NCBI GenBank assembly: GCA_963665325.3
Contig: OZ224045.1
Span: 2,240,001 to 2,304,000 of the forward strand
Direction of reading: 5' to 3'
From: Alphaproteobacteria bacterium
GTDB lineage: Bacteria > Pseudomonadota > Alphaproteobacteria > Bin95
DNA length: 64,000 nucleotides
The position numbers were made by a program, and so were the translations under genes. Below are positions 1 through 11,481 of this stretch, piece after piece. Position 1 is the stretch's first letter. Each line of letters opens with the position of its first letter. The notes beneath the pieces were generated by a model. The model was not told where the DNA came from. It did not search any database and was given only the letters and a program-made list of their open reading frames with translations.

Positions 1-354
1 ATCCGCCGGCGCGGCGAGAACATCTCCGCCTTCGAGGTCGAGCAGGTGCTGAACGCGCATCCCGAAATCGCCGAAAGCGCCGTGGTCGGCGTCCGGGTCG
101 AGGGCGCCGGCGGCGAGGAGGAGGTGCTGGCGCTGCTGCTGCCAGAGAACGGCGCCCGGCTGGATCCCGTCGAGCTGCTCGACTGGTGCGTGCCCCGGAT
201 GCCGCGCTATGCCGTGCCGCGCTTCGTCGATTTCGCCGACGGATTCGAGAAGACCGCATCGGGCAAGCTGCGCAAGGGCGATCTCCGCGATGCCGGCCTG
301 CCGCCCGGCGCCTGGGACCGGGAAGAGGCCGGCTACACCATCGCCCGGCAGTAG
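1..354 (+). CDS. AMP-binding acyl-CoA ligase (CaiC-like), C-terminal part, 5'-truncated by window edge
   Basis: Frame 1 reads IRRRGENISAFEVE...HPEIAESAVVGV...PRFV..FEKTASGKLRK, typical adenylate-forming enzyme C-terminal motifs. Confidence 0.85.
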   Translation: MRRRGENISAFEVEQVLNAHPEIAESAVVGVRVEGAGGEEEVLALLLPENGARLDPVELLDWCVPRMPRYAVPRFVDFADGFEKTASGKLRKGDLRDAGLPPGAWDREEAGYTIARQ

Positions 355-377
355 GGTGAAACGGAGGGTTGAGGATC

Positions 378-1970
378 ATGGAAGCCGATTATGTGATCGT
401 GGGGGCGGGGTCCGCCGGTTGCGTGCTGGCCGAGCGGCTGAGCGCGGGCGGCGCGGAAGTGGTGCTGCTGGAGGCGGGCGGCAAGGACACGAACCCGCTC
501 ATCCATGTCCCGGCCGGCGTGCTGAAGCTCATCACCCACCCGGTCGTGAACTGGAACTACTACACCGAGCCGGACGAGAAGACCGGCAACCGCGCGCTCC
601 ATTGCCCGCGCGGCAGGGTGCTGGGCGGGTCGTCCTCGATCAACGGCATGCTGTTCATCCGCGGCAATGCCGCCGACTATGACGGCTGGGCGCAGACGGG
701 CGCGCGCGGCTGGTCCTATGACGACGTGAAACAGCACTTCAAGAGCATCGAACGCTACGGGCCGGGCGATCCGGGGGAGCGCGGCAAGTCGGGGCCGATC
801 CTCGTCGAAGACTACCGGACGGTCCTGCCGCTCACCCACCGCTTCGTGGAGGCGGCGCAGCAGGCGGGCCATCCGTTCGCGAAGGACCTGAGCGGCCGGC
901 CGCCGGCGGAGGGCGTCGGCTATTCGCAGATGTCGCGCAACGGGCGTTTCCGGGGCTCGACGGCGCGCACCTTCCTGCGCGATGCACGCGGGCGGGCGAA
1001 CCTGCGCGTCGAGACCGACGCTTATGCGACCGGGCTCACCTTCGACGGCCTGCGCTGCACGGGCGTGGCCTTCCGGCAGCGCGGCAGGGACCGGCAGGTG
1101 ACGGCCGCGCGCGAGGTGATCGTCTCCGGCGGCACCGTCAACTCGCCGCACCTGCTGCATATCTCGGGCGTCGGCCCGGCGGACCGGCTGCGCGACATCG
1201 GTATCGAGGTCCGCCACGACCTGCCGGGCGTCGGCATGAACTATTCGGACCACTACACGGTGCGCATTTCCCACCGCACGCGCGGCCAGCAGTCGATCAA
1301 CCAGCTTGCGCGCGGCTGGCGGCTGGTGCGCGAGATGGCGCGCTTTGCGCTGCTCGGGAACGGCGCACTCACCTTCGGCGTCTCCAGCGCGCAATGCTAC
1401 ACCCGCTCGCGGGAGGGACTGGCCTCGCCGGATATCCAGCTCCTGTTCACGCCGGCGAGCTTCGACGACAACAATTTCGGCCGGCTGGAGCAGGAGTCCG
1501 GCATGTCGGTGGCGGTCTCCATCGCGCGCCCGTCCTCGCGCGGCGAGATCGTGGCGGTCTCCGCGGACCCGTTCCAGCGGCCGGCGATCCGCCCCAATTT
1601 CCTCGGCGACCCCGACGATATGCGCGTCGCGCTGGAGGGCATCCGCCAGGCGCGCGAGATCCTGGCCCAGCCGGCCATCGCCGGCCTCAGCCAGGGCGAA
1701 GTGTCGCCGGGACCGGAAGTGGACGGCAAGGAGGCGCTGGAGGAGTTCGTGCGCCAGACCGGGCGGACGATCTACCACATGGTCGGCACCTGCCGTATGG
1801 GCGAGGACCCGATGGCGGTGGTCGATTCGCGCCTGCGCGTGCGCGGGCTGGAAGGGCTCCGCGTGATCGACGCCTCGGTCATGCCGGCCGTAACCACCGC
1901 CAACACCAACGCCCCCACGATCATGATCGCCGAAAAGGGGGCGGGGATGATCTTGGAGGATCATGCGTAG
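378..1970 (+). CDS. GMC family oxidoreductase (choline dehydrogenase-like)
   Basis: [14 protein letters not shown] motif, [36 protein letters not shown]; ATG at 378 after GAGG. Confidence 0.9.
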   Translation: MEADYVIVGAGSAGCVLAERLSAGGAEVVLLEAGGKDTNPLIHVPAGVLKLITHPVVNWNYYTEPDEKTGNRALHCPRGRVLGGSSSINGMLFIRGNAADYDGWAQTGARGWSYDDVKQHFKSIERYGPGDPGERGKSGPILVEDYRTVLPLTHRFVEAAQQAGHPFAKDLSGRPPAEGVGYSQMSRNGRFRGSTARTFLRDARGRANLRVETDAYATGLTFDGLRCTGVAFRQRGRDRQVTAAREVIVSGGTVNSPHLLHISGVGPADRLRDIGIEVRHDLPGVGMNYSDHYTVRISHRTRGQQSINQLARGWRLVREMARFALLGNGALTFGVSSAQCYTRSREGLASPDIQLLFTPASFDDNNFGRLEQESGMSVAVSIARPSSRGEIVAVSADPFQRPAIRPNFLGDPDDMRVALEGIRQAREILAQPAIAGLSQGEVSPGPEVDGKEALEEFVRQTGRTIYHMVGTCRMGEDPMAVVDSRLRVRGLEGLRVIDASVMPAVTTANTNAPTIMIAEKGAGMILEDHA

Positions 1971-1976
1971 GGCGGA

Positions 1977-3335
1977 CTAAGCTCCGCTACCTTGCCCGGA
2001 AGCCCGGTCGGTCGCGAAGACCAGCGCCAGGGCTGCTACGACGGGGACGGTGGCGGAGCCGAGGAACACTGTTGCGAACGCGTACAGGAACGTGCCGCCG
2101 ACGGTGTTGAAGGCGAGCATCAGGCCGGTGGCGCCGAGCACGACGCCTAGCGTGCGCGTCATCATTACGAGGCTGCCGGCGACGCCCCGGTCTCCGAGCG
2201 GCAGGCTGGCGCTCGCGACTTCGAGATAAGCGACCTGGAAGATGCCGAGCCCGGCGCCGTGCAGCAGCAGCGCGCCGGCCACGAAGGCCATGCCGGGTTC
2301 CGCGCCCCAGAGGCCGATGCCGGCAAGGCCGCCCGCGACGGCGAGCGCGCCCACTGCCGCCAGCCGCCGCCCGTCCGCCCGCTGCGCCAAGCGCCCGGCG
2401 AAGGGCGAGGCCAACGCCATGCCGAGCGGCGAGAGCGCGAGCAACACGCCGGCCGTCAGCACGTCCAGCCCGGCCACCCGGTCCAACCAGAAGGGCACGA
2501 GCAGCATCACCGCGAAGCCGACGAGATTGACCGCGATATTACTGCCGGCCGGCACCGAGAAGCTGCGCCGGCGGAAGGGCGCCAGGCGGATGATCGGCGA
2601 GGGGTGGGTGCGGAGCGCGAACCATGCGCCGGCGATGACCGCCGCCAGCAGCAGCGCGAAGCCGAACCAACCGCCGCTCGCCGCCCGGTTGATGCCGAGC
2701 AGCAGGCAGCCGATGGAGAGGACCAGCAGAGCCGCGCCGACCGCATCGAAACGGGGCCCGCCGCCCCCTGCAGCGGCGGCGGGCGGCGCGCGGAAGAGCA
2801 GCAGTGCGGCAAGCGCGATCGGCGCGCGAAACCAGAACACGCCGGCCCAGCCCATAGTATCCACCAGCAGGCCGCCGAGCGAGGGGCCGACCGCGCCGCC
2901 GAGCGCAAACAGCAGCGTATAGGCGCCGAGCACCCGCGCGCGCGACGACTCCGGGAAGTAAGCCGTCGCCAGCGCCGGGCCGACGGCAAGGACCATTGCC
3001 GTGCCGATGCCCTGGGCGACGCGCGCCGCCAGCAGAATTTCGAAGGCCGGCGCGAGCGCGCAGGCGACGAAGGCGGCGACGCTCCAGGCCAGCCCGATGC
3101 GGAACAGCCGCGCATGGCCGAACAGGTCTCCCAGCCGCCCGCAGACCAGCATCAGGCTCGCATAGGTCAGCACGTAGCAGATCACGACCCACTGGATGTC
3201 GGCGAGCTCGATACCGAGGCTGCGGACGATATCGGGAAAGGCGATGTTGACGGCCGTGTCGAGCGAGCCGATGGCCGTGCCCAGCCCCACGACGACGACG
3301 CCCGCCGCCGCCCGCCTGCCCGGACCGCCCGTCAT
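1977..3335 (-). CDS. MFS transporter (DHA2-like)
   Basis: Many hydrophobic helices; GRLGDLFG motif A; WVVICYVLTYASL. Confidence 0.85.
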   Translation of the reverse strand: MTGGPGRRAAAGVVVVGLGTAIGSLDTAVNIAFPDIVRSLGIELADIQWVVICYVLTYASLMLVCGRLGDLFGHARLFRIGLAWSVAAFVACALAPAFEILLAARVAQGIGTAMVLAVGPALATAYFPESSRARVLGAYTLLFALGGAVGPSLGGLLVDTMGWAGVFWFRAPIALAALLLFRAPPAAAAGGGGPRFDAVGAALLVLSIGCLLLGINRAASGGWFGFALLLAAVIAGAWFALRTHPSPIIRLAPFRRRSFSVPAGSNIAVNLVGFAVMLLVPFWLDRVAGLDVLTAGVLLALSPLGMALASPFAGRLAQRADGRRLAAVGALAVAGGLAGIGLWGAEPGMAFVAGALLLHGAGLGIFQVAYLEVASASLPLGDRGVAGSLVMMTRTLGVVLGATGLMLAFNTVGGTFLYAFATVFLGSATVPVVAALALVFATDRASGQGSGA

Positions 3336-3362
3336 TGCGCGGTGTTTCCCTCGCGCCCCCGC

Positions 3363-4448
3363 CTAACGGAACTTCGGCATGATCTCTTCGGCGAACTGGC
3401 GGAAATTGCGCCGGTCCACGGCTTTGGGCGGCAGCAGCACGATCTCCCGGCAGCCTGCGTTCTCCATCGCCCGGATGCGCTCCACGATCAGGTCCGGCTC
3501 GCCGACCAGGCCGCCCGTCGCCTGCACCATGGCAGGCGTCACGAAACGGTGTTCCGCCTCGGGCAGATAGGAGCAGTGGCCGAGATGGACGCGGAGATGC
3601 ATCCGGTCGTCCGGGATGCCGAGGTCCGCGAGGAAGCGGTTGTAGAGGTCCCAGTCGTCGCGCGCATAGTCGGGGATGAAACCATCATGGCCGACGATAC
3701 GCGCATGCTCCCACCAGTAATGCAAGGTCGCGCCGACTTGCGCGCCGATCTCCTCGACGATATGCGGGTCGCTCACCTTGTCGCCCGGCTTCATCGCGCA
3801 GAAGAAGGTGAGGGTGGAGGCGTGGAAATCCTCCGGCAGCTTGCGGCCCGCCTTCTCGGCCCCGGCCCTCGCGCGGTCGAGATTGCGCGCCATGACGCCG
3901 AGCGGCTCCGCGCCCGCGCAGATGCGCCCGTCGCCGAGCTCGCCCGCGATCTCCAGTGCCATCGGGCCGTTGGCGGCGACATGGATCGGTACGGGCGGCT
4001 CGAACCCGATGAAGCCCATATCCCGGTTCTGGAATTGGATCGGGCGTGTCACGCCGTCATGGGTGAACTCCACCTCCTCGCCATGCAGTAGGCCGCGCAC
4101 CACGCGCAGATAATCCCGGAAGGCGCGGGGCTTCATCGGCTTGAGCCCCATGATGCGCATGGCGGTGTGGCCGGTGCCGATGCCGAGAAAGGCGCGCCCG
4201 GGCGCGAGCCGGTTGACCGAAGCGATGGAATGCGCGGTGACGGGGGCCAGCCGCGTGCCGGGAATGGCGACCCCGGTGCCGAGCCGGATGCGCGAGGTAT
4301 TGGCGGCCGCCAGCGCCAGCACGGCGTAGCAGTCCGACCAGATCATCTGGCTGTCCGGCGCCCAGCCGGAATCGTAGCCGAGCTCCTCGGCGAGCTTCAG
4401 CGTCTGCCACTCGTCGATCTTGGTGTTGACCATCGCGCCGAACTGCAT
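3363..4448 (-). CDS. LLM class flavin-dependent oxidoreductase
   Basis: MQFG...AEELGYDSGWAPDSQMIWSD, TSRIRLGTGV, GRAFLGIGTG; start trimmed from the 496-aa ORF. Confidence 0.85.
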   Translation of the reverse strand: MQFGAMVNTKIDEWQTLKLAEELGYDSGWAPDSQMIWSDCYAVLALAAANTSRIRLGTGVAIPGTRLAPVTAHSIASVNRLAPGRAFLGIGTGHTAMRIMGLKPMKPRAFRDYLRVVRGLLHGEEVEFTHDGVTRPIQFQNRDMGFIGFEPPVPIHVAANGPMALEIAGELGDGRICAGAEPLGVMARNLDRARAGAEKAGRKLPEDFHASTLTFFCAMKPGDKVSDPHIVEEIGAQVGATLHYWWEHARIVGHDGFIPDYARDDWDLYNRFLADLGIPDDRMHLRVHLGHCSYLPEAEHRFVTPAMVQATGGLVGEPDLIVERIRAMENAGCREIVLLPPKAVDRRNFRQFAEEIMPKFR

Positions 4449-4599
4449 GGGGGCGTTTCCTTCCGTCGCAAGCTCCGGACTATAGCCCCGCCGGCGGCGG
4501 GGCCGCGAGGAGCGACTTGCGCTCTGGACGGCCGCTATGGTCGCGTGCTTTACCGGCCGCCTGCACGACGACTGGCTCAACCGGCGGATGGACGGACCC

Positions 4600-5736
4600 A
4601 TGACGATTTCCGAACCCGCGTTCACACTGGGCGTCGAAGAGGAATATCTCCTGGTCGATGCGGAGACGGGCGACCTGGCGTCGGACCCGCCCGAAAGCCT
4701 GATCGACGAATGCGCCAGCGAACTCGGCGAGCAGGTCACCAACGAATTCCTTCGGGCCCAGATGGAGATCGGCACGCGGGTCTGCGCCGACATCGGCGAG
4801 GTCCGGCAGGAATTGCGCCGCTTGCGCGGCGGCGTCGCCCGGGCGTGCGGCAATCACGGGCTCGCTCCCGTCGCGGCCTCGACGCACCCCTTCGGCGACT
4901 GGCGCCAGCAGGACTATGTCCACAAGGAGCGCTATGAGGGCCTCGCCCATGACATGCAGGCCGTGGCCTACCGCCTGCTCATCTGCGGCATGCATGTCCA
5001 TGTCGGCATTGAGGACGAGGAGCTGCGGATCGATCTGATGAACCAGGTGCGCTACTTCCTGCCGCACCTGCTCTGCCTCACGACATCCTCGCCCTTCTGG
5101 CAGGGCCGCGACACGGGGCTCTCGTCATATCGGCTCACCGTCTTCGACAGCCTGCCGCGCACCGGCCTGCCAGAGCCGCTGGCCAGCTGGAGCGAATATG
5201 AGCGCCTGGTTGAGCACATGACCAGCTCCGGCCTGCTGGAGGACGGATCCAAGATCTGGTGGGACCTCCGGCCCAGTTCGCGTTTTCCGACGCTCGAAAT
5301 GCGGATCTGCGACGTTTGCCCCGACATGGAAGACGCGCTGACCGTGGCGGCGATGTTCCAGTGCATCCTGCGCATGCTCTACCGCCTGCGGGTCGGCAAC
5401 CAGCGCTGGCGCGAATATCCCAACATGCTGATCCAGGAAAACCGCTGGCTGGCGCAGCGCTATGGCAGCCAAAGCCACCTGGTGGACTTCGGCAAGCGCG
5501 CGCTCGTTCCGCTGGCCGACCTGACCGAAGAGCTGCTGGAGCTCGTGCAAGAAGATGCCGAGGCGCTGGGCTGCACGGCCGAGGTGGAACGCGCCCGGAA
5601 AATCGTCAGGCAGGGCACATCGGCCGAACGCCAGAGGGCGGTTTATGAAGCCTCGAGCGGCGATGCCAACAGCGACGAGGCCCTGCGCGCGGTCGTCCGC
5701 AGCCTGGCGGCCGAAACCGTCAGCGGCCTGGCCTGA
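4600..5736 (+). CDS. Carboxylate-amine ligase (YbdK / glutamate-cysteine ligase 2 family)
   Basis: FTLGVEEEYLLVD, GMHVHVG, SSPFW, WWDLRP..FPTLEMRICD. Confidence 0.9.
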   Translation: MTISEPAFTLGVEEEYLLVDAETGDLASDPPESLIDECASELGEQVTNEFLRAQMEIGTRVCADIGEVRQELRRLRGGVARACGNHGLAPVAASTHPFGDWRQQDYVHKERYEGLAHDMQAVAYRLLICGMHVHVGIEDEELRIDLMNQVRYFLPHLLCLTTSSPFWQGRDTGLSSYRLTVFDSLPRTGLPEPLASWSEYERLVEHMTSSGLLEDGSKIWWDLRPSSRFPTLEMRICDVCPDMEDALTVAAMFQCILRMLYRLRVGNQRWREYPNMLIQENRWLAQRYGSQSHLVDFGKRALVPLADLTEELLELVQEDAEALGCTAEVERARKIVRQGTSAERQRAVYEASSGDANSDEALRAVVRSLAAETVSGLA

Positions 5737-5743
5737 CCCCGCT

Positions 5744-6685
5744 TCAGGCGATGTGCAGGACTGCCTTGCCAGGGAAGCGGCGCTCGATCAGGTCGTCGGC
5801 GGCGCGCGCGACTTCATCCCAGGAGGCCTCCCGCTCGATGGCGGTATCCAGCCGGCCTTGTTCGACCAGGCGCAGCAGGCGCGCGAGATGGTCCCGCGGC
5901 GGCGCGATCTCGCTCTTGTAGTAGAGATGAAATCCCAGGATGCGGGCGAGGCCGCGGGTCATGAAATCTCCGATGGCGACGGAGATGGCGGGCGCGGCGG
6001 TGACGCCGTAGCAGACCGCTAACCCCTCCGGTCCGAGCGCGCGCACGCCTGCTTCGAGGATCGGCCCCGCAACGCCGTCAACCACCAGCCGATAGGGCCC
6101 GGCGGCCTCAATGCCGCTGCCGTCCGGACTGACGAGGACCGTGCCGAGGCCGATCCGGTCGGCAAAGGCGCGCTGGTCCTCGCGCCTTACCTGGGAGACC
6201 ACCTCCGCGCCGCCAAGGCGCGCAAGCTGGGCGGCGAACACGCCCACACCGCCGGTCGCCCCGGTCACCAGCACGCGCGCGCCGATGAGGCAGTCGCCCG
6301 CGTCGATGGAGTGCAGCGCCGTAAGCCCGGCCACGGGCAGCGTCGCCGCAGCGGCGTCGCTCACGCCGTCCGGTATCGAGCAGAGATAGGAGCCGGGGAT
6401 CGCCGTGCGCTCGGCCCAGCCCTCCATGCGCGGCGAAAAGCCGACGACGCGCGCGCCCTCCGGCGGGCTGGAGCCGTCCGCCGCCGCCCGCTCGACGGTG
6501 CCCGCAATGTCCCAGCCGATACGGATCGGCCGGTCCGCGCGCTCCGACCGGCGCACCTCGCCGCGATTGAGCGAAAAGGCGGTGACGCGCACCAGCGCTT
6601 CGTTGGAGAAAGGCGGGCGCTCCTCGACCTCGGCAATTTCCAGGCGATGCGGGCTGCCGGGCTTGGCGCGAACGGCGCGGATCAT
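5744..6685 (-). CDS. Zinc-binding / MDR family oxidoreductase
   Basis: MIRAV...AFSLNRGE, GWDIAG, VLVTGATGGVG, GKAVL; only the 3' part of the 891-aa ORF is real. Confidence 0.85.
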   Translation of the reverse strand: MIRAVRAKPGSPHRLEIAEVEERPPFSNEALVRVTAFSLNRGEVRRSERADRPIRIGWDIAGTVERAAADGSSPPEGARVVGFSPRMEGWAERTAIPGSYLCSIPDGVSDAAAATLPVAGLTALHSIDAGDCLIGARVLVTGATGGVGVFAAQLARLGGAEVVSQVRREDQRAFADRIGLGTVLVSPDGSGIEAAGPYRLVVDGVAGPILEAGVRALGPEGLAVCYGVTAAPAISVAIGDFMTRGLARILGFHLYYKSEIAPPRDHLARLLRLVEQGRLDTAIEREASWDEVARAADDLIERRFPGKAVLHIA

Positions 6686-7668
6686 GGCGATACCTCCAGC
6701 AGGACCTTGCCCCAGGTGCGGCGCGAGGCCAGCGCGCGAAGGGCAGCGGGCAAGTCGTCCAGCGGGTAGCGGGCGGAGACGACGGGCTCGATCTCGCCGC
6801 GCGCGAGCATGGCGTAGCAGTCCGCGACCACCTCGTGAGTGTATTCGGGGTGGCTTCGGAAATAACCGCCCCAGATGGCGCCGACGGCCGAGGCGTTCTT
6901 CAGAAGCAGACGGTTGGCGGCGATCTGCTGGATGGCCCCGCCGGCGAAGCCGATGATGAGCGCGCGGCCCTCGACGGCAATGACCTTGAGCGCAAGATTG
7001 AACACCTCGCCCCCCACAGGGTCGAAGATGACGTCCGCGCCGCGCCCGCCGGTCGCCTCGCGCACGGCCTCGACCCAGCCGTCGTCGGTGTAGTCGAGCG
7101 CAAGTTCGGCCCCGTGCTCGCGGCAGACGGCGAGCTTCTCCCCGCTGCCGGCAAGCGCGATCACATGTGCGCCCCAGGCCCTGCCGATCTGGATCGCCGC
7201 AAGGCCGGACCCGCCGGCCCCGGCCGTCACCAGCAGCCACTCCCCGGCCTTGAGCCCGCCCCGCCGGCCGAGCGCGATATGGCCGGTCGGATAGACCACC
7301 GGCACGCAGGCGGCGAGGTCCATTGCCACGCCGTCCGGTATGAGATTGATCTGCAGGTCGTCGACGAGCGCATATTCGGCGAATGCGCCCCAGTAGGGCT
7401 GCGCGGCGACGCGCTGGCCGACCTTGCAACTCGAGCCGGGGCCGACGGCCGCGATCTCGCCCGACAGCTCGCAGCCGGGCGTGAACGGGAAGTCCGGCTT
7501 CATCTGGTATTTGCCCTGAACCATCAGGATATCGAGGAAGTTGAGCGCGGCCGTATGCACCTTGACCACCGCCTGGCCCGGCCCCGGCTCCGGGCGCGCT
7601 ACGGTCTCGAACGCCATGTCTTCGGGCTCGCAGAATTCGTTTACCCGCCATGCCCGCATCTCGCTCAT
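6682..7668 (-). CDS. NADPH:quinone oxidoreductase family protein
   Basis: LNFLDILMVQGKYQ..PFTPGCELSG, VTAGAGGSG, DVIFDPVGG, GKVLL. Confidence 0.9.
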   Translation of the reverse strand: MSEMRAWRVNEFCEPEDMAFETVARPEPGPGQAVVKVHTAALNFLDILMVQGKYQMKPDFPFTPGCELSGEIAAVGPGSSCKVGQRVAAQPYWGAFAEYALVDDLQINLIPDGVAMDLAACVPVVYPTGHIALGRRGGLKAGEWLLVTAGAGGSGLAAIQIGRAWGAHVIALAGSGEKLAVCREHGAELALDYTDDGWVEAVREATGGRGADVIFDPVGGEVFNLALKVIAVEGRALIIGFAGGAIQQIAANRLLLKNASAVGAIWGGYFRSHPEYTHEVVADCYAMLARGEIEPVVSARYPLDDLPAALRALASRRTWGKVLLEVSP

Positions 7669-7737
7669 CCGCCTGGCTCCTGTCGTCTTCGGGTCCTGTC
7701 CGGCAATCGATAACGCCTTTGCCGGAAGCGCGCCAGT

Positions 7738-8721
7738 TCAGCCGAGCCAGGCCCGGCAGCCGGTTGCCCCCAGCACGGGATCGACGGCGGCGCGGTCGGA
7801 GAGCACGGCATATTTCTCGCGGAGCGCGCGGAGCGAGCGGGCATGGTAGCGCTGCGGCGCCTGGGTCCACCGGCCGCCGGCGATCTCGACAGTGAAGGTC
7901 TCCGCGCCGTCGGCAATGGCGCGGGCATTGGCGTCCGACCAGGGCAGGAACCGCGCGCCGACTTCCTCGGCGAGCAGCGGCGTCAGCGTCGGCGCGAGCG
8001 CGTCCCATGCCTCGAACGGCCCCTCGGCCCCGGGGTCCTGCATTCGTTGGCACCAGTCGCGCGTGTGGGGCGGCACGAGGCGGCTGCCGGTCGGGTCGGT
8101 CCAGGCCTCCCAGACCTGGGCCGCAATGCCGAAATCCGCGAAGGCGGGCCGGGCGCCGAACAGGTAGCGGCGGCCCTCCAGATGCGCCTCCAGCAGTTCC
8201 AGCTGGCGGGCGAAAGACGCCTCGATGATCGGCGCCGTCACAAGCGAGGAGCCGACGAAGCTGACGCGCGGCACCATGCGCTCGCGCACCCCGCGGGCGC
8301 GCTCGGCCACCGTCGCCTCGTTCGCATCGGGCAGCATGGAGCGGGCGATGCGCTCCGCCGCCGAGATCTGGTCCGCATCGTCGCGCCAGCGGTAGTGGAA
8401 CATGTGCTTGTTGCCCCACTCGTCGCCATATTCCTCGAGAAGCGCGGAGAGAAAGGCGAGCATCGGGTCTTCGGGCTGGGTCGCCGGCTCCGGGTAGGCC
8501 GCCTCGAACCGCTCCATGATGGGCGTGGAGTCCTGGACACCCTCGCCCTCGGGCGTGATGACCAGCGGCACGAGCGGCAGCCGCGCATGGGCGTCGTATT
8601 CGGCCCGGTTCTCCGGCGTGCGCGTCAGCCAGTCATGCGCGATGCCCTTGAAGCGGAACCAGCCGCGTACCTTCACCGAATAGGGCGAAAGCTCCGACCC
8701 GAAAATGCGATAGCGCGCCAC
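7738..8721 (-). CDS. Glutathione S-transferase family protein
   Basis: GTG start; GSELSPYSVKVR, LPLVP, QDSTPI, YLFGARPAFADF. Confidence 0.85.
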   Translation of the reverse strand: MARYRIFGSELSPYSVKVRGWFRFKGIAHDWLTRTPENRAEYDAHARLPLVPLVITPEGEGVQDSTPIMERFEAAYPEPATQPEDPMLAFLSALLEEYGDEWGNKHMFHYRWRDDADQISAAERIARSMLPDANEATVAERARGVRERMVPRVSFVGSSLVTAPIIEASFARQLELLEAHLEGRRYLFGARPAFADFGIAAQVWEAWTDPTGSRLVPPHTRDWCQRMQDPGAEGPFEAWDALAPTLTPLLAEEVGARFLPWSDANARAIADGAETFTVEIAGGRWTQAPQRYHARSLRALREKYAVLSDRAAVDPVLGATGCRAWLG

Positions 8722-8782
8722 GGCAAGCGCCTCTCTGATGCGAGGCTTCGACCATGCCAGCGAGTCCCGCTGCGGGGCAAGG

Positions 8783-10156
8783 CTACCGCTGGCCATCCTC
8801 GGCATAGGGGTTGGTGCCAGCGCGCAGCAGGATGCGGATGGGCACGCCCGGCAGGTCGAAGTCGCGCCGGAGGCCGTTGGCCAAATAGCGGACATAGGAC
8901 TCCGGCACGGCAGAGGGGCGCGAGCCGAAGATCGCCACTGTCGGCGGGCGGCGCTTGACCTGGGAGGCGTAGCGCAGCTTGAGGCGCCTGCCCTTGACGA
9001 TGGGAGGGGGATGCGCCTCCAGCGCTTCGCGGAGCCAGCGGTTGAGCGCGCCCGTCGGGATGCGTCGGCTCCAGATATCGCGGCTCTCGAACGCCGTCCG
9101 GACCAACCGGTCGACACCGCGCCCGGAGACAGCGGAGACCGTCAGCAGCGGCACGTCTCGCACCTGCGGCAGGGATGTCTCGATCCGGTCCCGCAGCCCG
9201 CCCAGCACTTCCGGGGCGTCGCGGACAAGGTCCCACTTGTTCGCTGCGAGCACGAGCGCGCGGCCTTCCTCTATCGTCCGGGCCGCAATAGTGAGGTCCT
9301 GACGCTCCAGTCCATCCGCTGAGTCCAGGAGCAGCACGACCACTTCGGCAAAGCGGATCGCACGGTCGGTATCCGCCGCCGAGAGCCGTTCGATCCGGTC
9401 CTGCACGCGGGCGCGGCGGCGCAGGCCGGCCGTGTCCACCAGGCGGACGGGCCGGCCCTTCCAGGACATATCGACGGCGATTGCGTCGCGGGTCACGCCG
9501 GGTTCCGGCCCGGTCAGCAGGCGGTCCTCGCCCAGAAGCCGATTGATAAGCGTCGATTTGCCCACATTGGGCCGGCCGACAATGGCGAGCTTGAGCGGGC
9601 CCGCCGCCTCACCGTCCTCGTCGTCCTCGTCCAGGTCTTCGTCCTCTTCCGGAGCGGGCGCTTCGATGAAGGGTGCCAGAGCTTCGTAGAGGTCGGCCAG
9701 CCCCTCGCCATGCTCTGCCGATATCGCGACAGGCGCACCGAAGCCGAGCTCATAGGCTTCGAAGGCTCCTTCCATGCCGCGCCCCGACTCGGCCTTGTTC
9801 GCCGCCAACACCACCGGCGCGGGCCCCCGGCGCAGCCAGGCGCCGAAATGCCGGTCGAGCGCCGTCACCCCGGCGCGGGCGTCGATCAGGAAGAGCGCCG
9901 CATCGGCCCCGGCGAGCGCCGCTTCGGTCTGGCGGCGCATGGCGGCTTCGAGCGCGCCGGCGGGTGCGTCCTCCAGCCCGGCGGTATCCACCACCGTGAA
10001 CTCCGCGCCGCCCAGCGAGGCTGCCCCCTCGCGGCGGTCGCGGGTCACGCCCGGTCGGTCGTCCACAATCGCCTCGCGCCGTCCGACGAGGCGGTTGAAC
10101 AGAGTCGATTTGCCGACATTAGGCCGTCCGACGATAGCGATAACGGCGTCCGCCAT
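8783..10156 (-). CDS. der: Ribosome biogenesis GTPase Der (EngA)
   Basis: Two [11 protein letters not shown]-domains, PGVTRD, DTAGL, acidic linker, KH-like C-terminus. Confidence 0.97.
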   Translation of the reverse strand: MADAVIAIVGRPNVGKSTLFNRLVGRREAIVDDRPGVTRDRREGAASLGGAEFTVVDTAGLEDAPAGALEAAMRRQTEAALAGADAALFLIDARAGVTALDRHFGAWLRRGPAPVVLAANKAESGRGMEGAFEAYELGFGAPVAISAEHGEGLADLYEALAPFIEAPAPEEDEDLDEDDEDGEAAGPLKLAIVGRPNVGKSTLINRLLGEDRLLTGPEPGVTRDAIAVDMSWKGRPVRLVDTAGLRRRARVQDRIERLSAADTDRAIRFAEVVVLLLDSADGLERQDLTIAARTIEEGRALVLAANKWDLVRDAPEVLGGLRDRIETSLPQVRDVPLLTVSAVSGRGVDRLVRTAFESRDIWSRRIPTGALNRWLREALEAHPPPIVKGRRLKLRYASQVKRRPPTVAIFGSRPSAVPESYVRYLANGLRRDFDLPGVPIRILLRAGTNPYAEDGQR

Positions 10157-10161
10157 GGCGG

Positions 10162-11481
10162 TCAGCGATAGGCGGTCAACACGCCGTCGTCATCGAGCAG
10201 CAGCAGCGTCCCGGCCGCGACGACGGGCGCGAGACGGTGTGGCCGTCCGACATCGATGGCCCCGGCTTTGGCCCCCGTCTCCGGGTCGAGGAAGACGATC
10301 TCGCCATGCGAACCCGCGACCACTAGCCGGCCGCCGGCCAGCACCGGGCCAGCCCAGTCGATCCGACCGGTCCGGTCCTCCTCGTCCTCGTAGCGGGCGA
10401 GAGGCATGACCCAACGGATGGCGCCCGTCGCGGCTTCTGCCGCCACGACCTCTCCGCGCTCCGTCACGGCGAACAGATGGGTGCCGGCCACCCAGGGCAT
10501 GTGCAGGCCGCCGAACTCCTTGGTCCAGACCCGCCTGCCGCTGCGCATGTCGACGGCGCCGGCGCGGCCGGAATTGCTGAGCGCGTAGAGCCGGCCATCA
10601 TGCACCACTGGCGCTGCTTGGACATCGGCCAGTGCCGCAATGAAATCCGCCCGGCGGGCCGCGGTCAGGTTGTCGGACCACAGTTCGCGCCCGTTCTCGA
10701 CCTTGAGGGCCACGATCTCTCCCGAAGAATAGGCTGAGATGGCAGTGCCCTGAGCCACGGCCGGACTGGCCCCGCCGAGCAACGCCGTCTGCTCCTCGAT
10801 CGAATCGTGGGTCCAAAGAGTGCTGCCGTCTGCGATGTCGAGCGCATGGGTCTTGTTGTCGAGAGTCGCGACATAGAGCCGGCCGCCGTCCACCGCCGGC
10901 GCGCCGCGGCCCGGGGCGGACAGCGGCTGGCGCCACCTAATCGCCCCCGAGGAGGCGTCGATGGCAAGCGCTTCTGCATAGCCCGTCGTCGCGAACAGGC
11001 GGCCATTCGCGAACGCGATGCCGCCGCCGGAATTATCTTCCTCACCCTCCGGCCGGGTCGCGGCCGACCATATCGCATTGCCGTCCTGCAAGGCGGCGGC
11101 GCTGACCGAGCCGACGGCATCCATCGTGTACACCCGACCCTGGGCAACGACGGGCGGCGCCAGAATACGCCTGCCGTCGCCGGATCCAGCACCGATGGAG
11201 CGTGACCACGCTGCCGTGGAAGCGGAGCCGAGTGCCGGATGACCGATCGCATGGAAAGGCGTGCCGCCGGCTTGCGGCCAGTCCGGGTTGGAGGCCGGTT
11301 CGGGCAGCCGCATGGGGCGCTGTGCTGCTTCAGGATCGCCTTCAAGCGCACCCGTCAGCGCGAGCACGGCAATGCGTTCGCCCGGCAGGGGTGGGTCTTC
11401 GGCTTCGCCAAACCAGCCGTCCGACCCGCAGCCGGTAAGCAGAAGCGCTCCTCCGGCCACCAGAAGCAGCGACTGTCTCAT
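10162..11481 (-). CDS. bamB: PQQ beta-propeller lipoprotein, BamB-like
   Basis: Lipobox LLLTGC, PLPGERI motif, PQQ-type Trp repeats, conserved position upstream of der. Confidence 0.85.
   Translation of the reverse strand: MRQSLLLVAGGALLLTGCGSDGWFGEAEDPPLPGERIAVLALTGALEGDPEAAQRPMRLPEPASNPDWPQAGGTPFHAIGHPALGSASTAAWSRSIGAGSGDGRRILAPPVVAQGRVYTMDAVGSVSAAALQDGNAIWSAATRPEGEEDNSGGGIAFANGRLFATTGYAEALAIDASSGAIRWRQPLSAPGRGAPAVDGGRLYVATLDNKTHALDIADGSTLWTHDSIEEQTALLGGASPAVAQGTAISAYSSGEIVALKVENGRELWSDNLTAARRADFIAALADVQAAPVVHDGRLYALSNSGRAGAVDMRSGRRVWTKEFGGLHMPWVAGTHLFAVTERGEVVAAEAATGAIRWVMPLARYEDEEDRTGRIDWAGPVLAGGRLVVAGSHGEIVFLDPETGAKAGAIDVGRPHRLAPVVAAGTLLLLDDDGVLTAYR

Noticed and set aside
5744-8419. 891-aa ORF as one protein
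   Set aside because: Only 5744-6685 has dehydrogenase motifs; the rest is an alternative frame over the quinone oxidoreductase and GST genes.
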